Assembly (NCBI RefSeq): GCF_021655615.1
Contig: NZ_AP025245.1
Span: 181,132 to 205,131 of the forward strand
Source of the DNA: Acidianus sp. HS-5
GTDB lineage: Archaea > Thermoproteota > Thermoprotei_A > Sulfolobales > Sulfolobaceae
Length of the DNA stretch: 24,000 nt
Reading direction: 5' to 3'
A program made the position numbers and the translations under genes. Every line of letters begins with the position of its first letter. Positions within the stretch are counted from its first letter, which is position 1. The notes beneath the pieces were generated by a model, which did no database searches, was not told the origin of the DNA, and worked only from the letters and a program-made list of their open reading frames with translations. Positions 16,093 to 24,000 of this stretch are shown piece by piece.

Positions 16093-16320
16093 ATGAGGGA
16101 CGAATACGACATTACAGTAGATGAGAGAGGAAGGATTACTATACCTAAAGAAGTTAGGGAGCAAATTAAAGTTAGAAAATTTAGACTAAAAGTTGAGCAA
16201 GGTAAAATAATCTTAAAACCAGTTAGTTCTAACCCTGAAAAATATTATGGAATTTTCAGGAAAGATATTGGAAATATCGACATAGACAAAGTATTTGAGG
16301 AAACTTTATTAAAGGAATGA
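16093..16320 (+). CDS. vapB: AbrB/SpoVT-fold antitoxin (VapB-like)
   Basis: 75 aa. ITVDERGRITIPKEVREQIKV...GKIILKPV is the swapped-hairpin AbrB motif. TATA tttatatt lies about 27 nt upstream. Confidence 0.75.
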   Translation: MRDEYDITVDERGRITIPKEVREQIKVRKFRLKVEQGKIILKPVSSNPEKYYGIFRKDIGNIDIDKVFEETLLKE

Positions 16321-16695
16321 AAGGTATTTTGATGTAAATATCTTTGTATATTATTTAGTTGGCGATAGCAATTTAGGTCCTATAGCTAAAAAGTGGCTAT
16401 ACGAGACAAGCAACGAGTATACTTCAATAATAACACCTTTCATAACTTCGATAGTCTTGAGTAAGTTATTAAATCGTTAAAAGACTCCTCTTTCATCAAG
16501 ACAGTCATTGACGCATTTAGGGCTCTGGATATTAATTTTATAGATATGCCATCTTGGAATGACATACTTAGGACTATGGACAAATATAAACTAGATTTGG
16601 AAGACTCGATACATATAACTACAGCCATTAAAAATAACCTATAAATTATAAGTAATGATGAAGAATTAAAGAGAAAGGTAAATGTAAAATTTTAA
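16317..16695 (+). pseudogene. vapC: decayed PIN-domain toxin gene (vapC)
   Basis: PIN-like segments sit in different frames. They are RYFDVNIFVYYLVGDS...ITPFITSIVLSKLLNR (frame of 16322), KDSSFIKTVIDAFRALDINFIDM...LDLEDSIHITTAIKNNL (frame of 16480), an in-frame TAA, then IISNDEELKRKV. The ATG at 16317 is out of frame with the first segment. Confidence 0.7.
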
Positions 16696-16894
16696 ATTTG
16701 GTTTATCTCCTTTTACGTCTGCTTTATCATATACTTTTGTAGATATTAAGTATCAAGTATTAAATTAAAAGTGAGTAGACCTATATCAAAATGGGCAGAC
16801 CTTATTAAAACTTCACAAGGCTTATTCTTTAAAAAGTTTTGTATCTAAAAGTTTGATTCCAAAACATTAAATAGTTAATAATCAAGATAAACTC

Positions 16895-18571
16895 ATGGAG
16901 TACAAGTGGGTTACCTTAAGTAACACAACAGTAGGAATTTTAATGGCAACGATAAACGGCACAATTACTATTATCTCCCTTCCTGCAATATTTAGAGGAA
17001 TTGACATAAACCCCCTCACTTCATTCCAGTATTTATTATGGATACTAATGGGATATAACATAGTAACTGCTACACTCCTAGTATCATTTGGAAGGCTTTC
17101 AGACATGTACGGTAGAGTTAGGTTGTATAATTTAGGTTTCTTAATTTTCACGATAGGGTCAATACTTTTGTCATTAACTCCCAATATGGGAGACTTAGGC
17201 GCAATGGAGCTAATAATATTCAGAATAATCCAAGGAATAGGAGGAGCCTTCCTTATGGCAAATAGTGCTGCAATTCTAACAGACGCATTCCCCTATAACG
17301 AAAGGGGAAAGGCTTTAGGGATAAACCAAATAGCTGGACTAGCAGGCTCATTGATAGGACTAATTCTAGGAGGTATCCTTTCTGTAATAAACTGGAGATA
17401 CGTATTCTTAGTAAGCGTACCAGTAGGTATATTCGGGACTATTTGGAGTTACACTAAGCTTAAGGAATTATCTAAACCTAGCAGGAACGAAGGGCTGGAC
17501 ATCGCTGGAAACGTGATTTTCGGTCTTGGGCTTATATTAATATTAATAGGAGTAACTTACGGTCTAATGCCGTACGGAAGTTCACAAACCGGTTGGGGAG
17601 ATCCTTGGGTTATAGCTTCAATGGTAAGCGGTGCTGGACTACTGGTTGCGTTCCCATTTGTTGAAAGGAGAGTAAAATACCCAATGTTCAGGATGGAGCT
17701 CTTTAAGATAAGGATGTTTGCTGCAGGTAACTTTGCAAGTATGTTAAGATCTTTTGCTTACGGCGGGTTAATGATTATGATAATAATCTTCCTGCAAGGT
17801 ATATGGTTACCCCTTCATGGAGTACCTTACTGTCAAACCCCCTTCTGGGCTGGAATATATACTATACCTCTAATGTTAGGATTCGTAACAATGGGGCCAA
17901 TAAGCGGTTGGCTTTCCGACAGACATGGTGCAAGAGTGTTAGCTACTTTAGGAATGGTAATCGTGGGCATAGGTTTTTTAGCGCTTACTACCCTTCCTTA
18001 CAATTTCAGCTATCCAGAGTTTGCATTAATAATATTCTTTATGGGTTTAGGCAACGGAATGTTTGCTTCTCCTAATACTGCGTCAATAATGAACAGCGTA
18101 CCTGCAAAGTATAGGGGAGTTGCCTCAGGAATGAGGGCAACATTGCAGAACAGCGGGCAGACCGCAAGTATAGCTCTCTTCTTTACAATAGTCATATTGT
18201 CTCTTTCCGTAGCACTGCCTCACTCCTTAACTCAAGCGGTAACACAAGCAGGAGCACCACAGTTAACTCCTCTTGTCCAGAAAGTCCCTGTTACCGGGGC
18301 ATTGTTTGCGGCTTTCTTAGGTTATGACCCAGTAAAATCAATACTGTCTACTTTACCTCAGAACGTCCTTTCTACGATACCACCTTCAGCAATAGCTACT
18401 ATGGAGCAGAGAACCTGGTTCCCCACAGCGATAGCCCCAGCCTTTATGTCTGCTTTAAGAGATGCATTTTACGTTGGTGCAATAATGTCATTCATTGCTG
18501 CAATAACTTCAGCACTTAGAGGGAGGATTCAAATAGCTGATTTAGAAGGTGATAGAAGTGTTAAAAGCTGA
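16895..18571 (+). CDS. MFS transporter, DHA2 (EmrB/QacA-like, 14-TMS type) drug:H+ antiporter family
   Basis: 558 aa. MFS motif-A-like [13 protein letters not shown] and a second [10 protein letters not shown] are present. The length and hydrophobicity pattern fit the 14-TMS DHA2 type. A MarR gene lies adjacent. Confidence 0.8.
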   Translation: MEYKWVTLSNTTVGILMATINGTITIISLPAIFRGIDINPLTSFQYLLWILMGYNIVTATLLVSFGRLSDMYGRVRLYNLGFLIFTIGSILLSLTPNMGDLGAMELIIFRIIQGIGGAFLMANSAAILTDAFPYNERGKALGINQIAGLAGSLIGLILGGILSVINWRYVFLVSVPVGIFGTIWSYTKLKELSKPSRNEGLDIAGNVIFGLGLILILIGVTYGLMPYGSSQTGWGDPWVIASMVSGAGLLVAFPFVERRVKYPMFRMELFKIRMFAAGNFASMLRSFAYGGLMIMIIIFLQGIWLPLHGVPYCQTPFWAGIYTIPLMLGFVTMGPISGWLSDRHGARVLATLGMVIVGIGFLALTTLPYNFSYPEFALIIFFMGLGNGMFASPNTASIMNSVPAKYRGVASGMRATLQNSGQTASIALFFTIVILSLSVALPHSLTQAVTQAGAPQLTPLVQKVPVTGALFAAFLGYDPVKSILSTLPQNVLSTIPPSAIATMEQRTWFPTAIAPAFMSALRDAFYVGAIMSFIAAITSALRGRIQIADLEGDRSVKS

Positions 18572-18992
18572 GGAAGATATACAAGTCTTCAGTACAATAG
18601 CTAAGATTTACAGGGCAATGCAGAGGGAATTAAACAGGCGTTTAGAAAGCTTAAACATAACTTACCTAGACTTTCTAATTTTAAAAGCTACGAATGAAGG
18701 ACCTATAACTATGGTCGGGCTGTCTAAAAGGTTTTACGTTACACAGTCCGCAATTACTTCTGCCGTAGATAGGCTTGAAAGCCAACATTTAGTCGAGAGG
18801 AAGAGGAGCGTAGAAGATAGGAGAGTAGTTGTCATTTCAATAACTCCTAAAGGAAAGAAGGTATTTGAGGAAGGGGTTAAAATATATAAGGAATTAGCAT
18901 CTGAAATCCTTGAAGGAATGGATGGGCTTGACAAAGTGTTAGTGGGGCTTAATAAAATCCTTGAAAGAATAAATGAGATTGAATCTAAATGA
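18549..18992 (+). CDS. MarR-family transcriptional regulator
   Basis: 147 aa. The winged helix is [50 protein letters not shown]. The start is GTG and overlaps the MFS gene by 23 nt; an alternative GTG lies at 18558. Confidence 0.8.
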   Translation: MIEVLKAEEDIQVFSTIAKIYRAMQRELNRRLESLNITYLDFLILKATNEGPITMVGLSKRFYVTQSAITSAVDRLESQHLVERKRSVEDRRVVVISITPKGKKVFEEGVKIYKELASEILEGMDGLDKVLVGLNKILERINEIESK

Positions 18993-19081
18993 TTTTTGTC
19001 AGATGTTAAAGAGTATAGGAGAAGGTAATTCGCTAACATAGAGTGTTAGATAATTAAAGTCATAAGGAGGGAAAACCCAAA

Positions 19082-20250
19082 TCAATCTGCACTCCTTTTT
19101 CTCACTTCTTCTGCGATTTCTAACAACTCTTTAGGACCTATACTTAAGTCACTAATTTCTTCAGGTTTTTCCTTTAAACTAACTAGCCCTACTTTTTCCG
19201 CAACCTTACTCATCCTTTTTATAGCCTCCTTAGCTTCTCCTCTGGTTATTTCTCCCATTTTTACCTCAAATGCCCAGATGGGTTTCTTCTTTTTAACTAT
19301 CACCACGTCAATGTCCTCCTTAGGAGAGTAATATAGCACTCCGCCAAAATATTTTGCTAATAACTCACCTACACTAAATTGCACTTCTCTCCCTATAGGC
19401 AACTCGTTTACCTTTACGTCTAGTTCGGAAACTCTATACTTAGCTTCGGCATATAAAGCTAAGGAGAGCTGAGGGGAATAAACCTTATAGTAATTTTCCT
19501 TGGAGAGCGTAGGAATCTTCTGTACAAGTCCCATCTTAACCAGTTTATTAACCATTGAGGAGATTGTCCCTTTCCCTCCTTTAGGTTGTATAATTCCTGT
19601 AATTTCTGAAGTTTTCCAAACGCCCTCTCCTAGAAGGAGTAACGTCTTGTAATATATTTCACTTAACTGCCTTTCTTCCTCTTTAAATACCTCTCCTATT
19701 AGCCCCTTTGAAACTAAGGAAAGTTCTTTTATCTTCCTAACAAAGTCGTTATAACTGTCTATAATAAGGAATTATCCAAGGGTCTCTGTAAAGCACTGAA
19801 AGAAGGGGGTCTCTTAACTGTGAAAGAACGTTCTCATAAGATATTATCCCTATTTCCATGGGCAGAAATAATCCAAGGAGTGGGGGCTATTCCTATCAAA
19901 TACCTTGTTAACTATTCCGTAACTAGAAGCCACAAGTACTAGAGTCCCTTCCCTTTTCCAATTGCTTATTATGCTCCAGTATACCTCGGCAATCTTTGGA
20001 ATTCATCGATTACTGCAGTACCTCCCTTAGACAGAGTTGATTTTACCTCCTTCATAACGTCGTCTATTTTCATTATATTATCGTTAAGGTCTATTGCGTT
20101 GTTAGAGTCAGCTATTAATGCGTAAAAGTCCATTTTTAGGTTGTTTTTTATAAGCGTTGTCTTTCCGGTTTTTCTCCTTCCGTAAACTAAAGTCCAACTG
20201 TTAATGTTCCTTATTTTCTCTTCTTCTCGTCTTCTAAGATATAGTCTCAT
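19082..20250 (-). pseudogene. frameshifted archaeal AAA-type ATPase (Arch_ATPase plus DUF234-like C-terminus)
   Basis: The N-terminal fragment has Walker A GRRKTGKTT and Walker B VIDEFQ (19969-20250). Middle fragments in other frames read SNWKREGTLVLVASSYGIVNKVFDRNSP and PLLGLFLPMEIGIISYENVLSQL. The C-terminal frame reads DSYNDFVRKIKEL...GKGTISSMVNKLVKMGLVQK and runs into the 157-aa ORF. At least three frame changes are present. Confidence 0.7.
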
Positions 20251-20626
20251 AGGACTAGTCTATAAGGTTTAAGAATTTAATTGAGGATTTTTCTACTAAC
20301 GGTGCTAAGTGAGTACTCACAAATACAAGACTCAGTATAATTTTGTTTATATACATACTTCCAGAGCTTTGACGCTCTTTTTAGAACTTTAAGACCTGTT
20401 AAGCCCTTTCCTCGGTGAAAAAACGTAAGCCTTTACTTTTTACTGTTTAATTCTATTATAAATAGAGGTTTTTATAGCTATATTACCGTTTAATGTCCTA
20501 AATCTGAACCAAGACTCTTTTGGTAGCTCTCCATCTTGGAATTATAGTTTGTAGAAGTAAGTAAAATAGCTCGGGAACCCGTTTCTCAAAATAATGTTGA
20601 ACTTTTCTCCTAATACGTTGTAAAGC

Positions 20627-21010
20627 TTAAGGGAAAGGCTTTTCGGCTTTAATTATAGCGATAAACTTCCTCCTATCCATTCTCTTATCTTCACTTGGAT
20701 TAAATACTATAGCCTGTGATACATTAAGGCTCTTAAGTGTGTTCCTAACTTCATCTAAGGTATCAAATGCTCCTATAAACTGGCCTTTAGCTATAACTAC
20801 GTATTTATTCCAATATTTAGATAAAATCTCTTTCTTCATATTCTCAAAGACACGATTATTAATTTCCCTTTCGTCGTCGTCTCTAGCTTTGTTTAGCCAT
20901 AAATCTATAGCCTGCTCTATTGCTTCTGACAGAGTTAATCCTCTCCTTATTGCCTCAGCCTTAAATTCCCTCAGTTTCTCCTCATTAATCCTCTTTATGA
21001 CTAAAGTCAC
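20627..21010 (-). CDS. RHH-like N-terminal domain fused to a small domain that appears Sulfolobales-typical to me (DUF5678-like)
   Basis: 127 aa. The N-terminus LVIKRINEEKLREFKAEAIRRGLTLSEAIEQAIDLWL has an RHH pattern. The C-terminus WNKYVVIAKGQFIGAFDTLDEVRNTLKSL resembles the short archaeal antitoxin-like domain. Confidence 0.5.
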   Translation of the reverse strand: MTLVIKRINEEKLREFKAEAIRRGLTLSEAIEQAIDLWLNKARDDDEREINNRVFENMKKEILSKYWNKYVVIAKGQFIGAFDTLDEVRNTLKSLNVSQAIVFNPSEDKRMDRRKFIAIIKAEKPFP

Positions 21011-21305
21011 CTATTTCACCTAGTTTATCTAGGTAATATAGGTTAAAAGCTAATGTGTATATATTTCGTAACCAAACTTTTTTAGATATGTTAAGGCAAT
21101 CAAACAAGTATGCACTTCAGTAAATTTCTCGTAATACTATATAGTTTATTGTTCTTTCTTGTCATCTTTTCTTCTTTATTTCGTGAAAAATTTTAACTAA
21201 TTTTTCTCATTCACTGAAATCTTTTCATATAATGATCGCGATAAGTATATATAATTAGTTTAAAAACAATTAATGTGAAGCTAAGTATAAAATTCTGCAA
21301 TTAGG

Positions 21306-22175
21306 GTGAAGTCATTGTTAAGATCCGTAATTCTGATTGTTGCATTAGCAATAATAATCCTTGACGGGCTCATTAATTTCATTCCCTTAGCTTATTACTA
21401 TTTTATCCTATGTCCTTCATACCCTCTTTATAAGATTAATAAAGGGGCTTATTTTACTTATGACATCTCCTGGGCATGTATTGAATTGACATGGAGGACA
21501 GGAGAAAACATTACTAAAACTTTAGAGATTTGTACTAGAGGTAAAGGAATCATAGTAAATATTACGGACGTGGGTAATTGTGAGTACAATATTACATTGT
21601 GCGGAAGACTATTTACGTGTCTCGTGACTGACCACTGTAAACGTAATGCAGTAGCAAATTATTATATACTGAATTCACAATTTACACTCCCCTCACCATC
21701 TCCTATAATTAAAATGCTCTTCATCAACTCAAGTTGTACTAAGATTACGCTAGGTAATTATACACTACAGTTATCAGGTAATTTACCTAGATCGTGTTCA
21801 ATATTTCCTTCAATTATTACCAAACAGCTCTCATATCGTACTAACTCTGTTACAGTTAAATATTTAGTACTTGCAAGTTGCCAAAAGACACTTGACTGTT
21901 TATACATTTCGTGTAACTCAAATTTCCTTGTATATGAATACGTTAATTCGATACTCTGTTTCTTTAGCCACGTAACACCTTACAAGGCATTAAGTAATGC
22001 TACAATTAGCTCTGTTAGCCTAATGTTATTTTTAGAACATAGTGACGTAAAGCCTTACGATATTTTATGCGTCTCTTCTTCCGCATTTATACCGCTCATG
22101 ATAAGTGCCGTGCTAATAATAATATACATAAAAACCTCCCCTGACTTGTTCCATCGCTTCTCTCGTAGATTTTAG
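21306..22175 (+). CDS. Cys-rich, sequon-rich membrane-anchored (probably extracellular) protein, function unknown
   Basis: 289 aa with a GTG start. It has an N-terminal hydrophobic segment, a C-terminal TM helix plus a basic tail (IPLMISAVLIIIYIKTSPDLFHRFSRRF), 14 Cys, and multiple N-I-T, N-S-S and N-Y-T sequons. Confidence 0.55.
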   Translation: MKSLLRSVILIVALAIIILDGLINFIPLAYYYFILCPSYPLYKINKGAYFTYDISWACIELTWRTGENITKTLEICTRGKGIIVNITDVGNCEYNITLCGRLFTCLVTDHCKRNAVANYYILNSQFTLPSPSPIIKMLFINSSCTKITLGNYTLQLSGNLPRSCSIFPSIITKQLSYRTNSVTVKYLVLASCQKTLDCLYISCNSNFLVYEYVNSILCFFSHVTPYKALSNATISSVSLMLFLEHSDVKPYDILCVSSSAFIPLMISAVLIIIYIKTSPDLFHRFSRRF

Positions 22176-22494
22176 TTTTATGATTGAAAACTCATGACAT
22201 AGTTATAAGAACTCTAAGTATAGTAAGTAATACTATCTTACTCAGTCAGTATCGTGCAAAATTCTAATAATGAACAACACTATAAGACAGATACTCAATT
22301 TTTACCAAGATGCAAAACTTACTTTTAATTATGAAATTTAATAAAAACTCTGCTTAGTATCTAAACAAAGTAGGGATTTAAGTTTTATTGAATTTTCATT
22401 AATTTACATAATCCTCAGCCCTTGGGCATATCTTGGAAGTTTTCAAGCATGAAATTTCGTAAATATTAAATGTTGTACCACAAAATTATATTGA

Positions 22495-24000
22495 ATGATA
22501 TCAGTAAAATCGATTATTGCTGAAGGGAAAAGATACTTCTGCCTAAAGGAGTACTATAATGCTTACTATACTTTCAATTCAGCAATAAACTTATTCCCCG
22601 GAAGTGAGGAGTCGTCAACTCCGGAAGGAAAGTATGTTTATGCCGACGCATTACGTTGGAAGGCTATTACTGAGATAAAACTAGGAATGTTAGATGACGC
22701 GATTTACACTTTCAATAGCCTATTGCAGAAATTAGGTAAAAATACTCCTGAAGTAATTTATTACCTATCATTAGCTAGATATTACTATTCCTTCTTCCTC
22801 ATTGACAAGAGAGAGCTGACGCTAAGGTCAGCTCTAGGTGACTTAAGGGCTATTTTGCCCTCTGTGCAGGTAGATAAGGACAAGTTTTTAGCACTAATGG
22901 CTTTAATTTATGCAGAATTAGACGATCTTGGTAACGCTTCAAACCTACTTACTGGGAATAGCGTAGTTTTGAACATTGCAAGGGCACATGTATATAGGAA
23001 GAAGTGGTGGTTAACTAAAGCTGAATTGGAAATAGACCAAATTCTGCAATATGAACCAGATAACGTTGACGCACTACTAGAAAAGTCCTTAATTTTACGT
23101 CAAGATAGGAAATATGCAGAGGCATTAGCGGTTTTAGACAACATACTTAATAACGTTGAGCCTACTAACATATTAGCTGTTCTCTTCAAGGCAGAAGTTC
23201 TAGAGACTGTAGGAAGGATAAAAGAGGCGTTCTCCCTCTATACAAGGATAGATAGGACGCTTTACAGTCCATTAGTTAAGTCAAAACTTAGCAAACTGGC
23301 TCCTTCATCGCAAACATCACCTACAGTGCCTCAAAGTTCTCCGCAAGTGTTTCCCCAGACTCACTCAAAGCTTTTAGTTCCTGCAAGGTTAAAGGCGTGG
23401 GATCCTAAGGTTTGGATTGGAAAGAGGTTCTCGATATACGAAGTTAAGGAAGTTTTAGGGGAAGGCGGTAACGGTTATGTAATAAGGGCTGAAACTCCTT
23501 CAGGGATAGAGGTTGCAATAAAAGTTCTGAAGATCTATTCCGGAGTCCCCGAGGAATACTTTGATAACCTAATGAACGAGGCAAGTAACCTTTCTTCTCT
23601 CTCAAAAAGGCCTAATGTAGTTGAAATATATGCCGTAAATGTGGATAAACTAGTTTTAAGCGAAATAATGTCAGGTAACCTATCATTTTACGAGAGAGAC
23701 CCTCCTAGAATTGTAATGGAATTCATGAAAGGAGGAACGCTTGGAGATTTGCTTCAGGACGACGTATTCTTTTATTCCTCGAAATGGGAGCACACAGTTT
23801 ATAGAGCAATATCTACAGTTGCGGAAGCTTTAGATTATATGCACATTTCCGGTTTCGTCCACATGGACGTTAAGCCACAGAACATATTCCTAAGTAAGAA
23901 ACCTAACGACCCTGATGACTTACAGCGCGTTAATTTTAAGTTGGGAGATCTTGGCAGTGCAATGAGGATCGGGAGTAAGATAACTCAACTTACTGTAGAA
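22495..24000 (+). CDS. TPR-repeat / Hanks-type Ser/Thr protein kinase, C-terminally truncated by the window end
   Basis: The frame is open for 502 codons from the ATG at 22495 to the window end. The N-terminal part, about 265 aa, is TPR-like helical repeats. An S/P/Q-rich linker follows (APSSQTSPTVPQSSPQVFPQ). The kinase domain has the G-loop LGEGGNGYV, VAIKVL, the catalytic loop HMDVKPQNIF and DLG. A TATA (aaatattaaa) lies about 28 nt upstream. Confidence 0.85.
   Translation, partial: MISVKSIIAEGKRYFCLKEYYNAYYTFNSAINLFPGSEESSTPEGKYVYADALRWKAITEIKLGMLDDAIYTFNSLLQKLGKNTPEVIYYLSLARYYYSFFLIDKRELTLRSALGDLRAILPSVQVDKDKFLALMALIYAELDDLGNASNLLTGNSVVLNIARAHVYRKKWWLTKAELEIDQILQYEPDNVDALLEKSLILRQDRKYAEALAVLDNILNNVEPTNILAVLFKAEVLETVGRIKEAFSLYTRIDRTLYSPLVKSKLSKLAPSSQTSPTVPQSSPQVFPQTHSKLLVPARLKAWDPKVWIGKRFSIYEVKEVLGEGGNGYVIRAETPSGIEVAIKVLKIYSGVPEEYFDNLMNEASNLSSLSKRPNVVEIYAVNVDKLVLSEIMSGNLSFYERDPPRIVMEFMKGGTLGDLLQDDVFFYSSKWEHTVYRAISTVAEALDYMHISGFVHMDVKPQNIFLSKKPNDPDDLQRVNFKLGDLGSAMRIGSKITQLTVE

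Noticed and set aside
15825-16112. 95-aa minus-strand ORF across the poxB-vapB intergenic region
   Set aside because: It overlaps the ends of two supported genes, and its sequence is low-complexity and AT-driven.
16440-16628. 62-aa minus-strand ORF
   Set aside because: It is antisense to the vapC pseudogene, whose plus-strand PIN-like translation explains the region.
16654-16660. AUGAUGA C-box-like heptamer (possible C/D box sRNA); also ATGATGA at 1316-1322
   Set aside because: No CUGA D box lies at an appropriate distance downstream in either case. The 16654 site is inside the vapC remnant (the SNDEE codons).
16882-17184. 100-aa minus-strand ORF, together with the 17803-18075 and 18010-18195 ORFs
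   Set aside because: All lie inside the MFS transporter gene, antisense or out of frame.
18734-19039. 101-aa minus-strand ORF
   Set aside because: It is antisense to the MarR gene.
20353-20373. Short hairpin AGAGC-N6-GCTCT followed by TTTTT on the plus strand
   Set aside because: The stem is only 5 bp, and there is no plus-strand gene upstream for it to terminate. It is probably chance.
20739-21023. 94-aa plus-strand ORF
   Set aside because: It is antisense to the RHH-fusion gene.
1-24000. Search for CRISPR arrays, tRNA/rRNA genes and IS elements or transposases
   Set aside because: I saw no regularly spaced direct repeats and no tRNA T-arm signatures (GGTTCGAATCC-like) on either strand. 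No transposase- or integrase-like ORF is present.

Overview
AT-rich crenarchaeal (Sulfolobales-type) chromosomal segment. Many genes have a TATA box about 27 nt upstream of the start codon, as expected for leaderless transcripts. The core is a complete seven-gene archaellum operon on the minus strand, arlB-arlX-arlG-arlF-arlH-arlI-arlJ (2004-8134). The presence of arlX is diagnostic of Sulfolobales. Left flank: a partial GH31 alpha-glucosidase (malA-like) and two small ORFs. Upstream of arlB, transcribed divergently, is an uncharacterised four-gene operon with overlapping start and stop codons (8339-10969). It encodes a small membrane-anchored protein, a 481-aa polytopic membrane protein, a short ParA/MinD-like ATPase and a ribbon-helix-helix (RHH) protein. 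Next come a small membrane protein, an ArnR-like membrane-anchored transcription factor, and a paralog of the first operon gene. The most interesting observation is a 35-nt promoter module, GACT-N4-RTCGAAA-N11-ATTTAAAAA. It occurs three times with identical spacing, in front of arlB, the unknown operon and the paralog, which suggests an unrecognised archaellum-co-regulated gene set. The rest of the window holds a DsrE-like pair, a PoxB-like ThDP enzyme, vapB with a decayed vapC, an MFS (DHA2) transporter with MarR, a frameshifted archaeal ATPase pseudogene, an RHH-fusion protein, a Cys-rich membrane protein and a partial TPR-Ser/Thr kinase. I saw no rRNA, tRNA, CRISPR array or transposase.
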